64,000 bases of DNA. It comes from Amphiscolops sp. MND2022 (taxonomy: Eukaryota). A model generated the notes under the pieces. That model did no database searches. It saw only the letters and a program-made list of their open reading frames with translations, and was not told the origin of the DNA. Within the stretch, counting starts at the first letter, position 1, and the number at the start of each line of letters is the position of its first letter. The translations under genes and the position numbers were made by a program. Location: positions 71,364,001 through 71,428,000 of the forward strand of contig OZ076409.1 in assembly GCA_964187785.1 (NCBI GenBank), in the 5' to 3' direction. This document shows positions 1-10,392 of the stretch, piece after piece.

Positions 1-810
1 TCCCGCAATTTTGAACTTTCTGGATGGCGAACCGTGAGTGTAAGAAGAATGGAGGGATTGCCGCAGAATTTTAGACACCATTCATCGCTGCGACGAACAC
101 AGTTCCCATTAAAACCTTTCCAAGCCTCAACAATACATAAATGTATCGGCGACGATGTCCCTCTGCTGGCAACACAGATAGCCACCACTGATCCCTTTGA
201 GCGGAAAATGTTTAAGTTATGGGAGAAGAACCAGCTGCTTGTTTTGGTGAGTCGTGTTAAAGAACTCAAAGAACTGACGTTTGTGGGAAGTAAATCCGCA
301 ACGTTGAAAACAATTAAAGACATTGCAACGTCCACCAGCCAGTGGGACTATTTTGTTCACGAATTCGTGGAAGCATTGTCGCAACAAGACTTGTCAAAAC
401 CCCTTGCAACGTTTCCTGTCTCCCAACATATTTACTCAATGTCCTGCCAATCCGTTCCACAAGACAATTGCGCTACAGTGTTCTGCCTGATGTCATTGAA
501 AGACGGAACTATTGCTGTCGCCGCTTGTACTAACATCAGAAAAACACTGCAACAGAAAAATTCATTCGATGTAACTGAAAACACTTTTACTGGCAACAAA
601 AAACCATGGGCTCTACTGTGTGCTGCCTTTCACCCAGCTGTGTCCGCCTTAGATGACTCTGTGCGAGCGTTGGAGTGCCATTGGAACAATAGTCTTCCAC
701 ATGACGAAAAACCCGATCCACCGAAAATTGTGCGTCTGTTGCAAGAGACCACATTATCATTCACTTGCTTCTATCAAACTATTAACTTTGTTTCATTTGT
801 AAACCCATGA
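1..810 (+). CDS. 5'-truncated ORF: C-terminus of a PIF1-family helicase plus a degenerate GIY-YIG domain, probable Helitron-like RepHel transposase
   Basis: Frame +1 has no stop from base 1 to TGA at 808-810. RRTQFPLKPFQASTIHKCIG and LWEKNQLLVLVSRVKELKELTFVG (nt ~91-288) resemble the PIF1 C-terminal motifs RxQFPLxLAxAxTIHKSQG and GQLYVALSR. VFCLMSLKDGTIAVAACTNIRKTLQQKN...KPWALL...RALECHW (nt ~472-693) follows the SLX1-type GIY-YIG pattern. The HUH Rep domain is not in the window. Confidence 0.85.
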   Translation, partial: SRNFELSGWRTVSVRRMEGLPQNFRHHSSLRRTQFPLKPFQASTIHKCIGDDVPLLATQIATTDPFERKMFKLWEKNQLLVLVSRVKELKELTFVGSKSATLKTIKDIATSTSQWDYFVHEFVEALSQQDLSKPLATFPVSQHIYSMSCQSVPQDNCATVFCLMSLKDGTIAVAACTNIRKTLQQKNSFDVTENTFTGNKKPWALLCAAFHPAVSALDDSVRALECHWNNSLPHDEKPDPPKIVRLLQETTLSFTCFYQTINFVSFVNP

Positions 811-876
811 ACTTTCTTGTTTCTCTATTTGATTTCCTTGCATGAGTTTGTTGCTGCACAAGTTAGTGCCCCAATG

Positions 877-889
877 AATAAAGAATAAA
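877..889 (+). promoter_or_regulatory. Possible tandem polyadenylation signals
   Basis: AATAAA at 877-882 and 884-889, about 70 nt after the stop codon. Weak evidence in AT-rich DNA. Confidence 0.35.
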
Positions 890-1251
890 AAAACTCTCAG
901 AAAAAATATGATGACAAAACAATGAAACGGCCGAGAGTTTTAAAAAAAAAACAGAAACTCATCATTATTAGACAAAAATCTGTTAACAGAAACTGTTCTT
1001 TTTTCTACACAAACAAAACGCATCGGATGAAACCGAATTAGCAAAACTGTCTTTCCTGCAAAAATTTTATCCCTTTTTAGATTGTTTTTGAACATCTGTC
1101 GAATTGCCACGAAGAATTCGGACACCTAGCTACGGTAAAATGCACTTCGGGACTGGTGTGAGGTTTGTTACTTGGCACTCGCGAGGATTAGAATGCCTGC
1201 AACTATCCTACGATCAAAAGGTTTCCACAATGTCCTCACTAGAGTCTGTTG

Positions 1252-1288
1252 AACACTGATTGGCTGCCCGCAGCAGCCAATCAGTGTT
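1252..1288. repeat. Perfect inverted repeat, 16-bp stem with 5-nt loop
   Basis: AACACTGATTGGCTGC-ccgca-GCAGCCAATCAGTGTT. Confidence 0.95.
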
Positions 1289-1312
1289 TTCTGTCTAGCA
1301 TTTTTCAAACTG

Positions 1313-3858
1313 ATACCATGAAGATATTTTCTGCTCTCGTCTTCTCATTGCACTATCGTGTTTTGTGTTATCTGAATCAAAAATTTCCAAATTGCCGTTG
1401 ATTTTCCATTGGTTTCAAATTTAGTCTTTGCTCTTTTGTTGGAGTGATTTCGTGGTGCAAGTTGGTCCTTAATTATTATGTGTGAATGATGACATCGCTG
1501 GTTGTCTGGCTCTACATAACACTCAAACTGTAGGGCACTAACAGCTGCCGGCTCACATGTCATCAAATACACAGTTTAATTTCGGACCAGTTTTTACACC
1601 AAAAGAACTCCATCAATTGACGCTAGGCTGTGACTCGATTCGACTCCCAGCATTGTGTCGTTTTCCATGTGATGTTTAGTTGTGTGTTACACTTTGTTCG
1701 GCTGTTGGTTTCTAGTTACAGCTATGCTCTTTTGTTGAAATGATTTCGTGGTGCAAATTGGTCCTAAATTATTATGTGTAAATGATGGCATTGCTGGTTG
1801 TCTGGCTCGACAGAAAACACAAACTGTTGGGCGCTAACAGTGGCCGGCTCACATGTCATCAAATACACAGTATAATTTCGGACCGGTTTCCACACCGGAA
1901 ACATTCTGACAATTGATGCTAGGCTGTCACTCTTGTCGACTCCGAAACTTGTGTTGTTTTGATAAGATCCGTCTTTGTGTGTTACACATTTGTTCGGCTG
2001 TTGGTTTCAAGTTACACCTATGCTCTTTTGTTGGATTGATTACGTGGTGCAAAGTGGTCCTAAATTATTATGTGTAAATGATGGCATTGCTGGTTGTCTG
2101 GCTCTACATAACACACCACATGTAGGTCACTAACAGCTGCTGGCTCACGTGTCATCAAGTACATAGAATAATTTCGGACCAGTTTCCACACCGAAAACAA
2201 TCTATCAACTGATGCTAGGCTGTCACTCCTGACAACTCCAAACTATATGTCATTTTCCATGAGACCCTTCGGAGTGTGTCCTTTTTGTTTGGTTGTTGGT
2301 TTTGGGTTTTGGCTAGGCTCTTTTGTTGCAAATATTCCGTGGTGAAAGTTGGTCCTAAATTATTATGTGTAAATGATGACATTGCCGGTTGTCTGGCTCG
2401 ACAGAAAACACAACCAGTTAGGCGCTAACAGTGACCGGCTCACATGTCATCAAATACACATTATAACTTCAGACCGGATTCCACACTGAATTAATTTACA
2501 TCAATTGTAACTCGGCCATCACTCTTTTTCAATGTTGCCAAACTACATGAGCAACCTTAAATTATACTAATTTATTGTATCTCAATACCATGAAGACATA
2601 TTCTGCTCTCGTCTTCTCATTGCACTATCGTGTTTTGTGTTATCCGAATCAAAAATTTCCAAATTGCCGTTAATTTTCCATTAGTTTCGAGTTTAGGCTA
2701 TGCTCTTTTGTTGGAGTGATTTCGTTGTGCAAGTTGGTCCTAAATTATTATGTGTAAATGATGACATCGCTGGTTGTCTGGCTCTACATAACACTCAAAC
2801 TGTAGGTCACTAACAGCTGCCAGCTCATGTGTCATCAAATACACAGTATACGTTCGGACCAGTTTCTACACCAAAAGAACTCTATCAATTGACGCTAGGT
2901 TGTCACTCGATTCGACTCCCAGCATTGTGTCGTTTTCCATGTACTATTTGGTTGTGTGTTACACTTTGTTCGGCTGTTGGTTTCTAGTTACAGCTATGCT
3001 CTTTTGTTGGAATGATTTCGTGGTGCAAACTGGTCCTAAATTATTATGTGTAAATGATGGCATTGCTGGTTGTCTGGCTCGACAGAAAACACAAACTGTT
3101 GGGCACTAACAGTGGCCAGCTCACATGTCATCAAATACACAGTATAGTTTCGGACCGGTTTCCACACCGAAAACATTCTGACAATTGATGCTAGGCTGTC
3201 ACTCTTGTCGACTCCGAAACTTGTGTTGTTTTGATAAGATCCGTCTTTGTGTGTTACACTTTTGTTCGGCTGTTGGTTTCGAGTTACAGCTATGCTCTTT
3301 TGTTGGATTGATTTCGAGGTGCAAATTGGTCTTAAATTATTATGTGTAAATGATGGCATTGCTGGTTGTCTGGCTCGACAGAAAACACAAACTGTTGGGC
3401 GCTAACAGTGGCCGGCTCACTTGTCATCAAGTACATAGAATAATTTCGGACCAGTTTCCACACCGAAAACAATCTATCAACTGATGCTAGGCTGTCACTC
3501 CTGACAACTCCAAACTATGTGTCATTTTCCATGAGACCCTTCGGCGTGTGTTTCTTTTTGTTTGGTTGTTGGTTTTGTGTTTTGGCTAGGCTCTTTTGAT
3601 GCAAATATTCCGTGGTGAAAGTTGGTCCTAAATTATTATGTGTAAATGATGACATTGCCGGTTGTCTGGCTCGACAGAAAACACAACCTGTTGGGCGCTA
3701 ACAGTGACCGGCTCACATGTCATCAAATACACATTATAACTTCAGACCGGATTCCACACCGAATTATATTTACATCAATCGTAACTCGGCCATCACTCTT
3801 TTTCAATGTTTCCAAACTACATGAGCAACCTTAAAATATACTAATTTATTGTATCTCA
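1313..3858. repeat. Higher-order tandem repeat: two ~1272-bp blocks, each with four ~296-bp monomers
   Basis: GGTCCTAAATTATTATGTG-like anchor at 1464, 1760, 2056, 2351, 2736, 3032, 3328 and 3624. Block start ATACCATGAAGA at 1313 and 2585. Confidence 0.92.
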
Positions 3859-4771
3859 GGACCTAGTATGGTATTTGCGTAGCTTCGATTTCATTTCTAA
3901 ATTCAAAAACTTGCTCCTAAGACACAAATACAAAATAATAGGGTGTTTTTGAGGCCTAAGTAACCTTGGGATTAAATTGATAATAACGAAGGTTGTCTGG
4001 CTCAGTGTTATGTATGAAAAGCCCAAAAACTAGCTCTGCTCCGTTTCGCCAATGTAGATGATCACTGAGCACTTACAGCTTCCTTATACGAATAACCTAA
4101 GACATAAGGTTATAAATTGCATCCGAAGTCCTTTTGCAAACCTGCGTTGAAATAGTGTAGTTCTAGTAACAACAGCTGATAGCGTCGCTCACACTGTGGT
4201 TTCGGATAACACGATGCAAGAAACCGATTGAGAAGAAAACAAAAGTCACAGGAGAAACACCAGTTCAAATTATGTCCTAATTGAGAATTTCTTTTTGAAT
4301 AAACAAATACATTTTTCCAGAAAAAAAATGAATTTGATTTCACAACAAAACAATCATTTAAAAATTAGGTGAATTTGAAATGATATTTTTTGCATTTTTT
4401 GCATGAAATTACATTGCTTTCTTCTTCGAATGAAATTCATATTAAATATGTTTTTGTTTCCTACCAAACTGGTGTTCCTCATGACGCTTTATCCACTTAA
4501 GAATACGATGCTTCAAGAAAATGGGAAATCGAAGAAAATGGGAAATCGAAGGTAAAAAGTCTCGGATCAACAAATAGCTGCGGCGGTTGTTACAGAGACC
4601 GCACTGTTTCCAGCGATGACAACAACTACTACAACTACTACGACGTTGACTGCAACAGGTTAGAATTAGGATGTTTCAGTATTTTGGGATGCTTGCTTTG
4701 GAGTTGGTATGCATGGGTTGTGTTGTGATTTGTTGTGTGGTTATGTAGGTGTGCGGGTGATTATGTATTGC

Positions 4772-4772
<1 letters not shown>

Positions 4773-4810
<38 letters not shown>

Positions 4811-4824
4811 GTGTGTGTGTGTGT
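4773..4824. repeat. (TG)n microsatellite
   Basis: About 17 uninterrupted TG units followed by an imperfect extension. Confidence 0.95.
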
Positions 4825-5389
4825 ATGTTGCATGTGTTTGTCTGATGCGGGAGTGTGGGTATGTGGCTTTATTTTCTTTTCTTTTTCTTATGAACTTTTC
4901 CCTATATTGTTTTCCAAAGATTTGACATTTCTATTACTGCATTTTAAATAAAATAATTTGGATCTTTCAAAGGTCTTTTGCAAAATGATTTCTTTTTACT
5001 TTGTTATTCGTTTTTTCTTGAAAAAGAATAATATACTTTCTTTGGAGATACTTCACGAATTTTCATGTCAACAATCGTAATAAGTGAAATCAACAGAAGT
5101 TCTTTATGTATGTCACTTTACATGTTTACAGATTTGGAAAAACAAGATTGTCAATCAAAACTAGTATCATCTATAACAGAAGGCGAGTTACATTTTTACA
5201 TGCGGCTCCAAAACCTCAAAATTCTATATTTCAGTTATCAATCTGAACATCGGTTGTTATTATAAGTTTATCTTTAAAGACGTTTGTTATACATAAAATA
5301 TTACGTAACATTTTCCAGAAGTTTGAAACATTCAATAGCTTTTCGAAACAATACATTTCCCTATCATACATCAACGCCATATACTAACT

Positions 5390-5477
5390 TCAACGCACAC
5401 CGTCTGTAGGCATGCCGAGGCATGCCTTTCGACGACATATGCCCAATACATTTAGCCCCGCAGTCTTTTCCTGCTAG
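5390..5477 (+). promoter_or_regulatory. Conserved 3' terminal module (first of 24 copies)
   Basis: Consensus CAACGCCCACCGTCYGT-RGGCATGCCGAGGCATGCCY-TTCGACGACGTATGCC, then a variable spacer and CTRG. In the copies measured, the 20-mer starts 62-74 bp before CTRG. Confidence 0.9.
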
Positions 5478-6744
5478 GTGGCCGGGAATTTTTTTTCTGC
5501 TCAATTCTTTGCCAACTGGGGGAGGGGCCCCTGGTGGCTGTTACCCAAAATACATACCTACTAAAATCGTCCGCTCCGGATACGATCTCGAAAACCAATC
5601 CATAACTTTTTCTGAAACTTTGCATGTGGGCCTAAAATGAGATTGTAAGAACAATGATATAGGCGTCATTTCTGAATTTTTGCAAAAAGTTGGTCAAAAA
5701 CGCAAAAAATGGGTCAAAATTGACCACTTTTTCAACTTTTTTATTTTTGAGAGCCCATATCTCGGAACGAGGTGGCCGTAGCGGCCCGCATAAGGACTCC
5801 GTTTTTGCTGGGCACTTGATGAGGAGTGCGTGGACAAATTTTCGTCCAAATCGAAGTAAAATTGACTGAGTAATGAGTGATTTTTTGACGACCTTTTTTG
5901 CGAACCCCATTGTATCTCTGCCATTTTCCGCCAAAATTTTCAAAAGTGGTTCTACAGGAGGCAACCCCTGCCCAATTTTCTGCAGAACAAAACCATTTGG
6001 CCCTAAATACGAGGTTTCAGCGTTCTAGCATTCCCCGGTGAAAAGTTATAGGACTTAGAAATTTGTCAGTGAAACGCAAAATTTGTAAATTCAACTTCCG
6101 GTGCCCAAAAGTCACAAAACTTTCACACAACTAGTATTGCAAGTGAATGCATGTGGAAAGTACTGAAATAGACGAGAAAAATGAGCTATAGAACGACTCT
6201 CTACCTTAACCTGAGGTTGACTTATGATGTTTTGAATGTGAGCATCCTATCTGATTTTAATGTCAAAAATGAGATTTTGTAAGTCATGTCTCATCAAAAA
6301 CTCATCGGAATACGTTCAATCATCTCTATAGCTGTTCAATTGCCGTAGCTTAGTACAGCAACGCCATTGAATGTCTTTGGACCCATTTTGAAAATTATCG
6401 ATACCGTCTTATTCGTCCGATATCACGAAACAGTTGAGTACATTCCATCTCCCTCTTTGGGGGGAGATGAGAATGTACTCGCTAAAGAGCTGGTACAATG
6501 GCCCATATTTGTTTTTAACTGACGCTTCTCATGATATTTCACACGTACACCTCTATTTGGTAACACATTTTCCTTTGCACCGTGTTTATATATGCCAAAC
6601 CACTTCTTTACCTTACTACTTCTACTCAAACATCACCAACGTCAACGCCACATACTCGCATCAACGCCCACCGTCCGTAGGCATGCCGAGGCATGCCTTT
6701 CGACGACGTATACCTAGTATACGCGTTAGCGCGGTAGCCGCTAG
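5478..6744 (+). mobile_element. Cassette 1, family A (1267 bp)
   Basis: GTGG start, CTAG end, type-1 hairpin at 6436-6480, 3' module at 6679. Confidence 0.85.
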
Positions 6745-9120
6745 GTGGTCGGGGTGTGTTTCCCAGCCGAGTTTGCCGCGCGGGGAGGGACCCGTTCAGC
6801 GGCCCAGGTCATTATTTTTTTACATTAAAAAAAACGATACCCCGGAAAGCGATTTCGAAACCCACCCGTAGGATCCCTCTGAATTTTTGCATACACCTCC
6901 GTATAACAGTTCTAAGAAAAAGTCAGCAAGGGCGTTTTCAGTTCTAAACGGGGAATGTTGACCAAAAAGCGCAATTTATGTCCAAAAAAATGCAATTTTT
7001 CGACTTTTTTATTTTTGACGGCCTACAGCTCTTTTCCAGATGCCCGCCCAAGTCATAAACCGGAGTAAACTTTTGTTGGGCACTTCGTGAAGAATCTGTA
7101 GGGTGATTTTCGTTTCAATCCTATTTCCTGACGTTGACTTATGGTTGGGTGAAAAAACGCAACATTTGTTACAAAAAGTGCTTTTGGTACTCAAGGGCCC
7201 ATAACTCGTGACATAATCAATTGAGCAAGTTCGTGTATAATTACAATTTTGTTGCCTATTTATAGGAGAACAAACAAGCAGTGACAAAATTTTCTGTGGG
7301 AAGACGTCAAAAAAAGATATCAGAGGTTTTATAATCAATAAAACAGTGTTTTTCGGTTATCGTGGAAAAAATGTAAAAGGGTGGCATTTTTCGGCTGTTT
7401 AAGGTAGCGGGTATTTTATTGCTGTTATTAACTCACCTCTACTATTCATTTACTTGGATGATTTTCAATTTTGATAAATTACATGATAAACTTCATTTTT
7501 TGCGTCACCAATATTGACACCCACGATTACAGTCAATTTTTTCGCGTTCACGTTTTTGAGTGGATATAACTTTTTTCCAGTGCGTTTTAGGGTCATCATC
7601 CAGGAGCACAAAATTGTTGGCCGTCTTAAGCAGAAAATATATGGTAAGTTTGGAGTCTTTTGAAACGTTTTTGAAATGTCCAGAGATGCGCAAATTTACA
7701 GTTTTTTTGCCCACAAAACACAATTTTACGAAACCCAACACTTTTTGCCAAAAAAGTCAAACTTTGTCCACACAACTTAGATTGCAAGTGAATGCATGCG
7801 GAGAGTACTTGAAATGATGGGAAACATGAGCTATATAACGCTCCTTTACGACAACGTGACGTGGACTTAGGATAATTTGAAAAAGTACGAAAAAAAAGAA
7901 CAACGGTTCCAAAACAATCAGTTTGTAGTAAATGGCCAATAACTCCATACACAACGCTCCGCGCAAGCTAGTGTCCAAGTACGTTTTTGTTACCCGTGAA
8001 CAGTGCAACATATAAGTAAAAGTAAAACTTTATGTAGAGAATCGTCGGAGAAAGAAATAACGGGATTTTTCATCACATTTAAGAGACAAAATTGAAAAAT
8101 TAGTCAATTCCTGGCATTTTACCTAACTTTTTTCGACAGTACACATACAGGAGGTAAAATTCGCCCAATATCATGCCTAACAAAACTATGTGATCCATTG
8201 GCCGCAATTTGAGCGTTCCACCTTTCCCCAGTCATAAATTATAGGACTTCGAAAACTTTCAAAATTTCCATTTTTCAACAAAATTTCAAATTCAGGCCCC
8301 CCAAAGGTAAGAAAGTTCCACACAACTAGGATTGCAAGTGGTTGCATGTGGAAAGTGCTCGAACCGACGAGAAAAATGGGCTTTAGAACGTCTCTCTATC
8401 GTAACCTGACGTTGACTTATGATGTTTTGAATGTGAGACTGCTACGTGCTCGAGAAGTGTAAGTGGAACATATGTCTCGTTGAAAACTCATCGGAATACA
8501 GTCAATGAACCCAATCACCCTAAATTGCAGTTTCCTAGTGCAACAACGTCTGTCAAGGACCTTTTTTGATAAGAGTCGAAATTATTATTAAATTCAGTTA
8601 GCAAGAAACACTTGAGTACATTCTCATCTCTCCCCATCGGGGGAGATGAGAATGTACTTGCTAAAACGGCTTCTTTGTTTTCATGCGATGGATTCTGTGC
8701 CTTGCCACACATATAACTTTGTTTTGTGTGACCTTGCATATATACTTTGACTTGTCATGATAAATTTCTTCTCGTAAATTTACGTAAATCCACAATGCAT
8801 CTACAATGCATCTTCAACGTCAAAGCCAAATAAAAATAGCTGGCCACCGTCCGTAGGCAGAGCAAGGCATGCTTTTTGACGACGTATGCCGAAACACAAA
8901 CGCGAACAAAACTGCTGAAAATCAGAAACAGTGGCCAACAATTTTGACTGTTTGACATATGGTAGGTTTTTATATGGAACTTAGACATCACTGATATTTC
9001 ACAACATTTCAGCTGACGCCCACCTACCACTATCAACGCGCACCGTCAGTGGGCATGCCGAGGCATGCCCTTCGACGACGTATGGCTAATACTTTCAGCG
9101 ACGCCCCCGCCTACCTCTAG
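6745..9120 (+). mobile_element. Cassette 2, family B (2376 bp)
   Basis: Two copies of the CACACAACT..ATTGCAAGTG block (~7767, ~8316), type-1 hairpin at ~8614-8658, a vestigial 3' module at 8844 and an intact one at 9051. Confidence 0.85.
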
Positions 9121-10392
9121 GTGGCCGGGAACTTTTTTTCCTGCATTTTTCTGTCCAATTGGGGGAGGGGCCCCAAGTGGCTGTTATCCGGTTTTACTAC
9201 CTACCCTAAACACGCTCAAAAAATGACGATCTCGAAAACCACCCCTTAGATTTTCCTGAAACTTTGCATACAGGCCTAGAATCAAATCCTAAGAACTATT
9301 TCCTACTGGCGTTTTTCCGAATTTTTTCAAAAAGTTGGTCAAAAATGCAACAAAAGTTGCCAATGGACATAAAAAACGCAACTTTTCGACTTTGAGGGCC
9401 CATAACTTTTTTCAGAGTGCCCGGAGCGATTCGCACAATAACAACAATATTGCTCAGCATTGTCGGAAGAGTGCGTGGACAAATTTTGGTTTGAATCGGA
9501 TGAAAAATGACTGAGAAATAAACGCAAATTTTCGTGCATTTGTTGCAAATACCAGTCTATCTCTGCCATTTTCGCCCAAAATTTTTCCCAGAGCCTTTAC
9601 AGGAGGCAACCACTGCCCAAATTTCTGCCGAGCAAACCCATTTGGCCCTAAATACGAAGTTTCAGCGTTCTAGCATTTCCGGGCAAAAAGTTGTGGGACT
9701 TAGAAAAATTTCAAAAAAACGCAAAAATTGTAAAAAGTAACTTCTGGCGTCCCAAAGTCAGGAAACTTTCACACAACTAGTATTGCAAGTGAATGCATGT
9801 GGAAAGTACTCGGCTGGACGAGAAAAATGAGCTATAGAACGACTCTGTAGCTTAATTTGACGTTGACTTAGAACATTTTGAGTGTGAGCGTCTTATAGGA
9901 TTTTAATGTCAAAAATTAGATTTTGTAAGTCATGACTCATCAAAAACTCATTGGAATACGTTCAATCATCCCCATAGCTGTTCAATCACCGTTGCTTAGT
10001 AGAGCAACGCCATTTAATGTCTTTGGACTCATTTTGAAAATTCTTCTCACCGTCTTATTCGTCCGATATCACGAAACAGTTGAGTACATTCCATCTCCCC
10101 CCTTGCGGGGGAGATGAGAATGTACTCGCCAAAGACCTGATACAATGGCCCATATTGGTTTTTATTTGACCTTTCTCACAATATTGCACACGGATAGTTG
10201 TGTTTGGTAAAAGTTTTCCTTCGCACCATGTCTCCAGAAGGTAAACCACTTCTTTACCTTACTACTACTCAAACATGACTAACGTCAACGCCACATACTC
10301 GCATCAACGCCCACCGTCCGTGGGCATGCCGAGGCATGCCCTTCGACGACGTATGCCAAATAGCGCCACCTGGCGCCCCCAATTTCCGCTAG
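9121..10392 (+). mobile_element. Cassette 3, family A (1272 bp)
   Basis: Colinear with cassettes 1 and 4. Type-1 hairpin at 10082-10127. Confidence 0.85.

Larger units (their letters stand above)
1..5477 (+). mobile_element. 3' part of a putative autonomous Helitron-like element heading the array
   Basis: Helicase/GIY-YIG ORF, then internal tandem repeats, then the same terminal module as the cassettes (CAACGCC, AGGCATGCCGAGGCATGCCT at 5408-5427, CTAG at 5474-5477), on the same strand as the ORF. Confidence 0.7.

Noticed and set aside
4515..4550. 17-bp tandem duplication AAGAAAATGGGAAATCG
   Set aside because: Isolated slippage-type duplication with nothing inserted between the copies.
4709..4951. 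Cys/Val-rich 80-aa ORF
   Set aside because: Translation of the (TG)n microsatellite.
5390..5540. Tandem tRNA, 5S, spliced-leader or ribozyme genes at the junctions
   Set aside because: I could not see a cloverleaf, A/B boxes, an Sm site or a hammerhead core. An Rfam search would be needed to exclude an HDV-like fold.
5478..6744. TIR/MITE, LTR or SINE identity for the cassettes
   Set aside because: The ends are neither inverted nor long direct repeats, and there are no poly(A) tails or variable target-site duplications.
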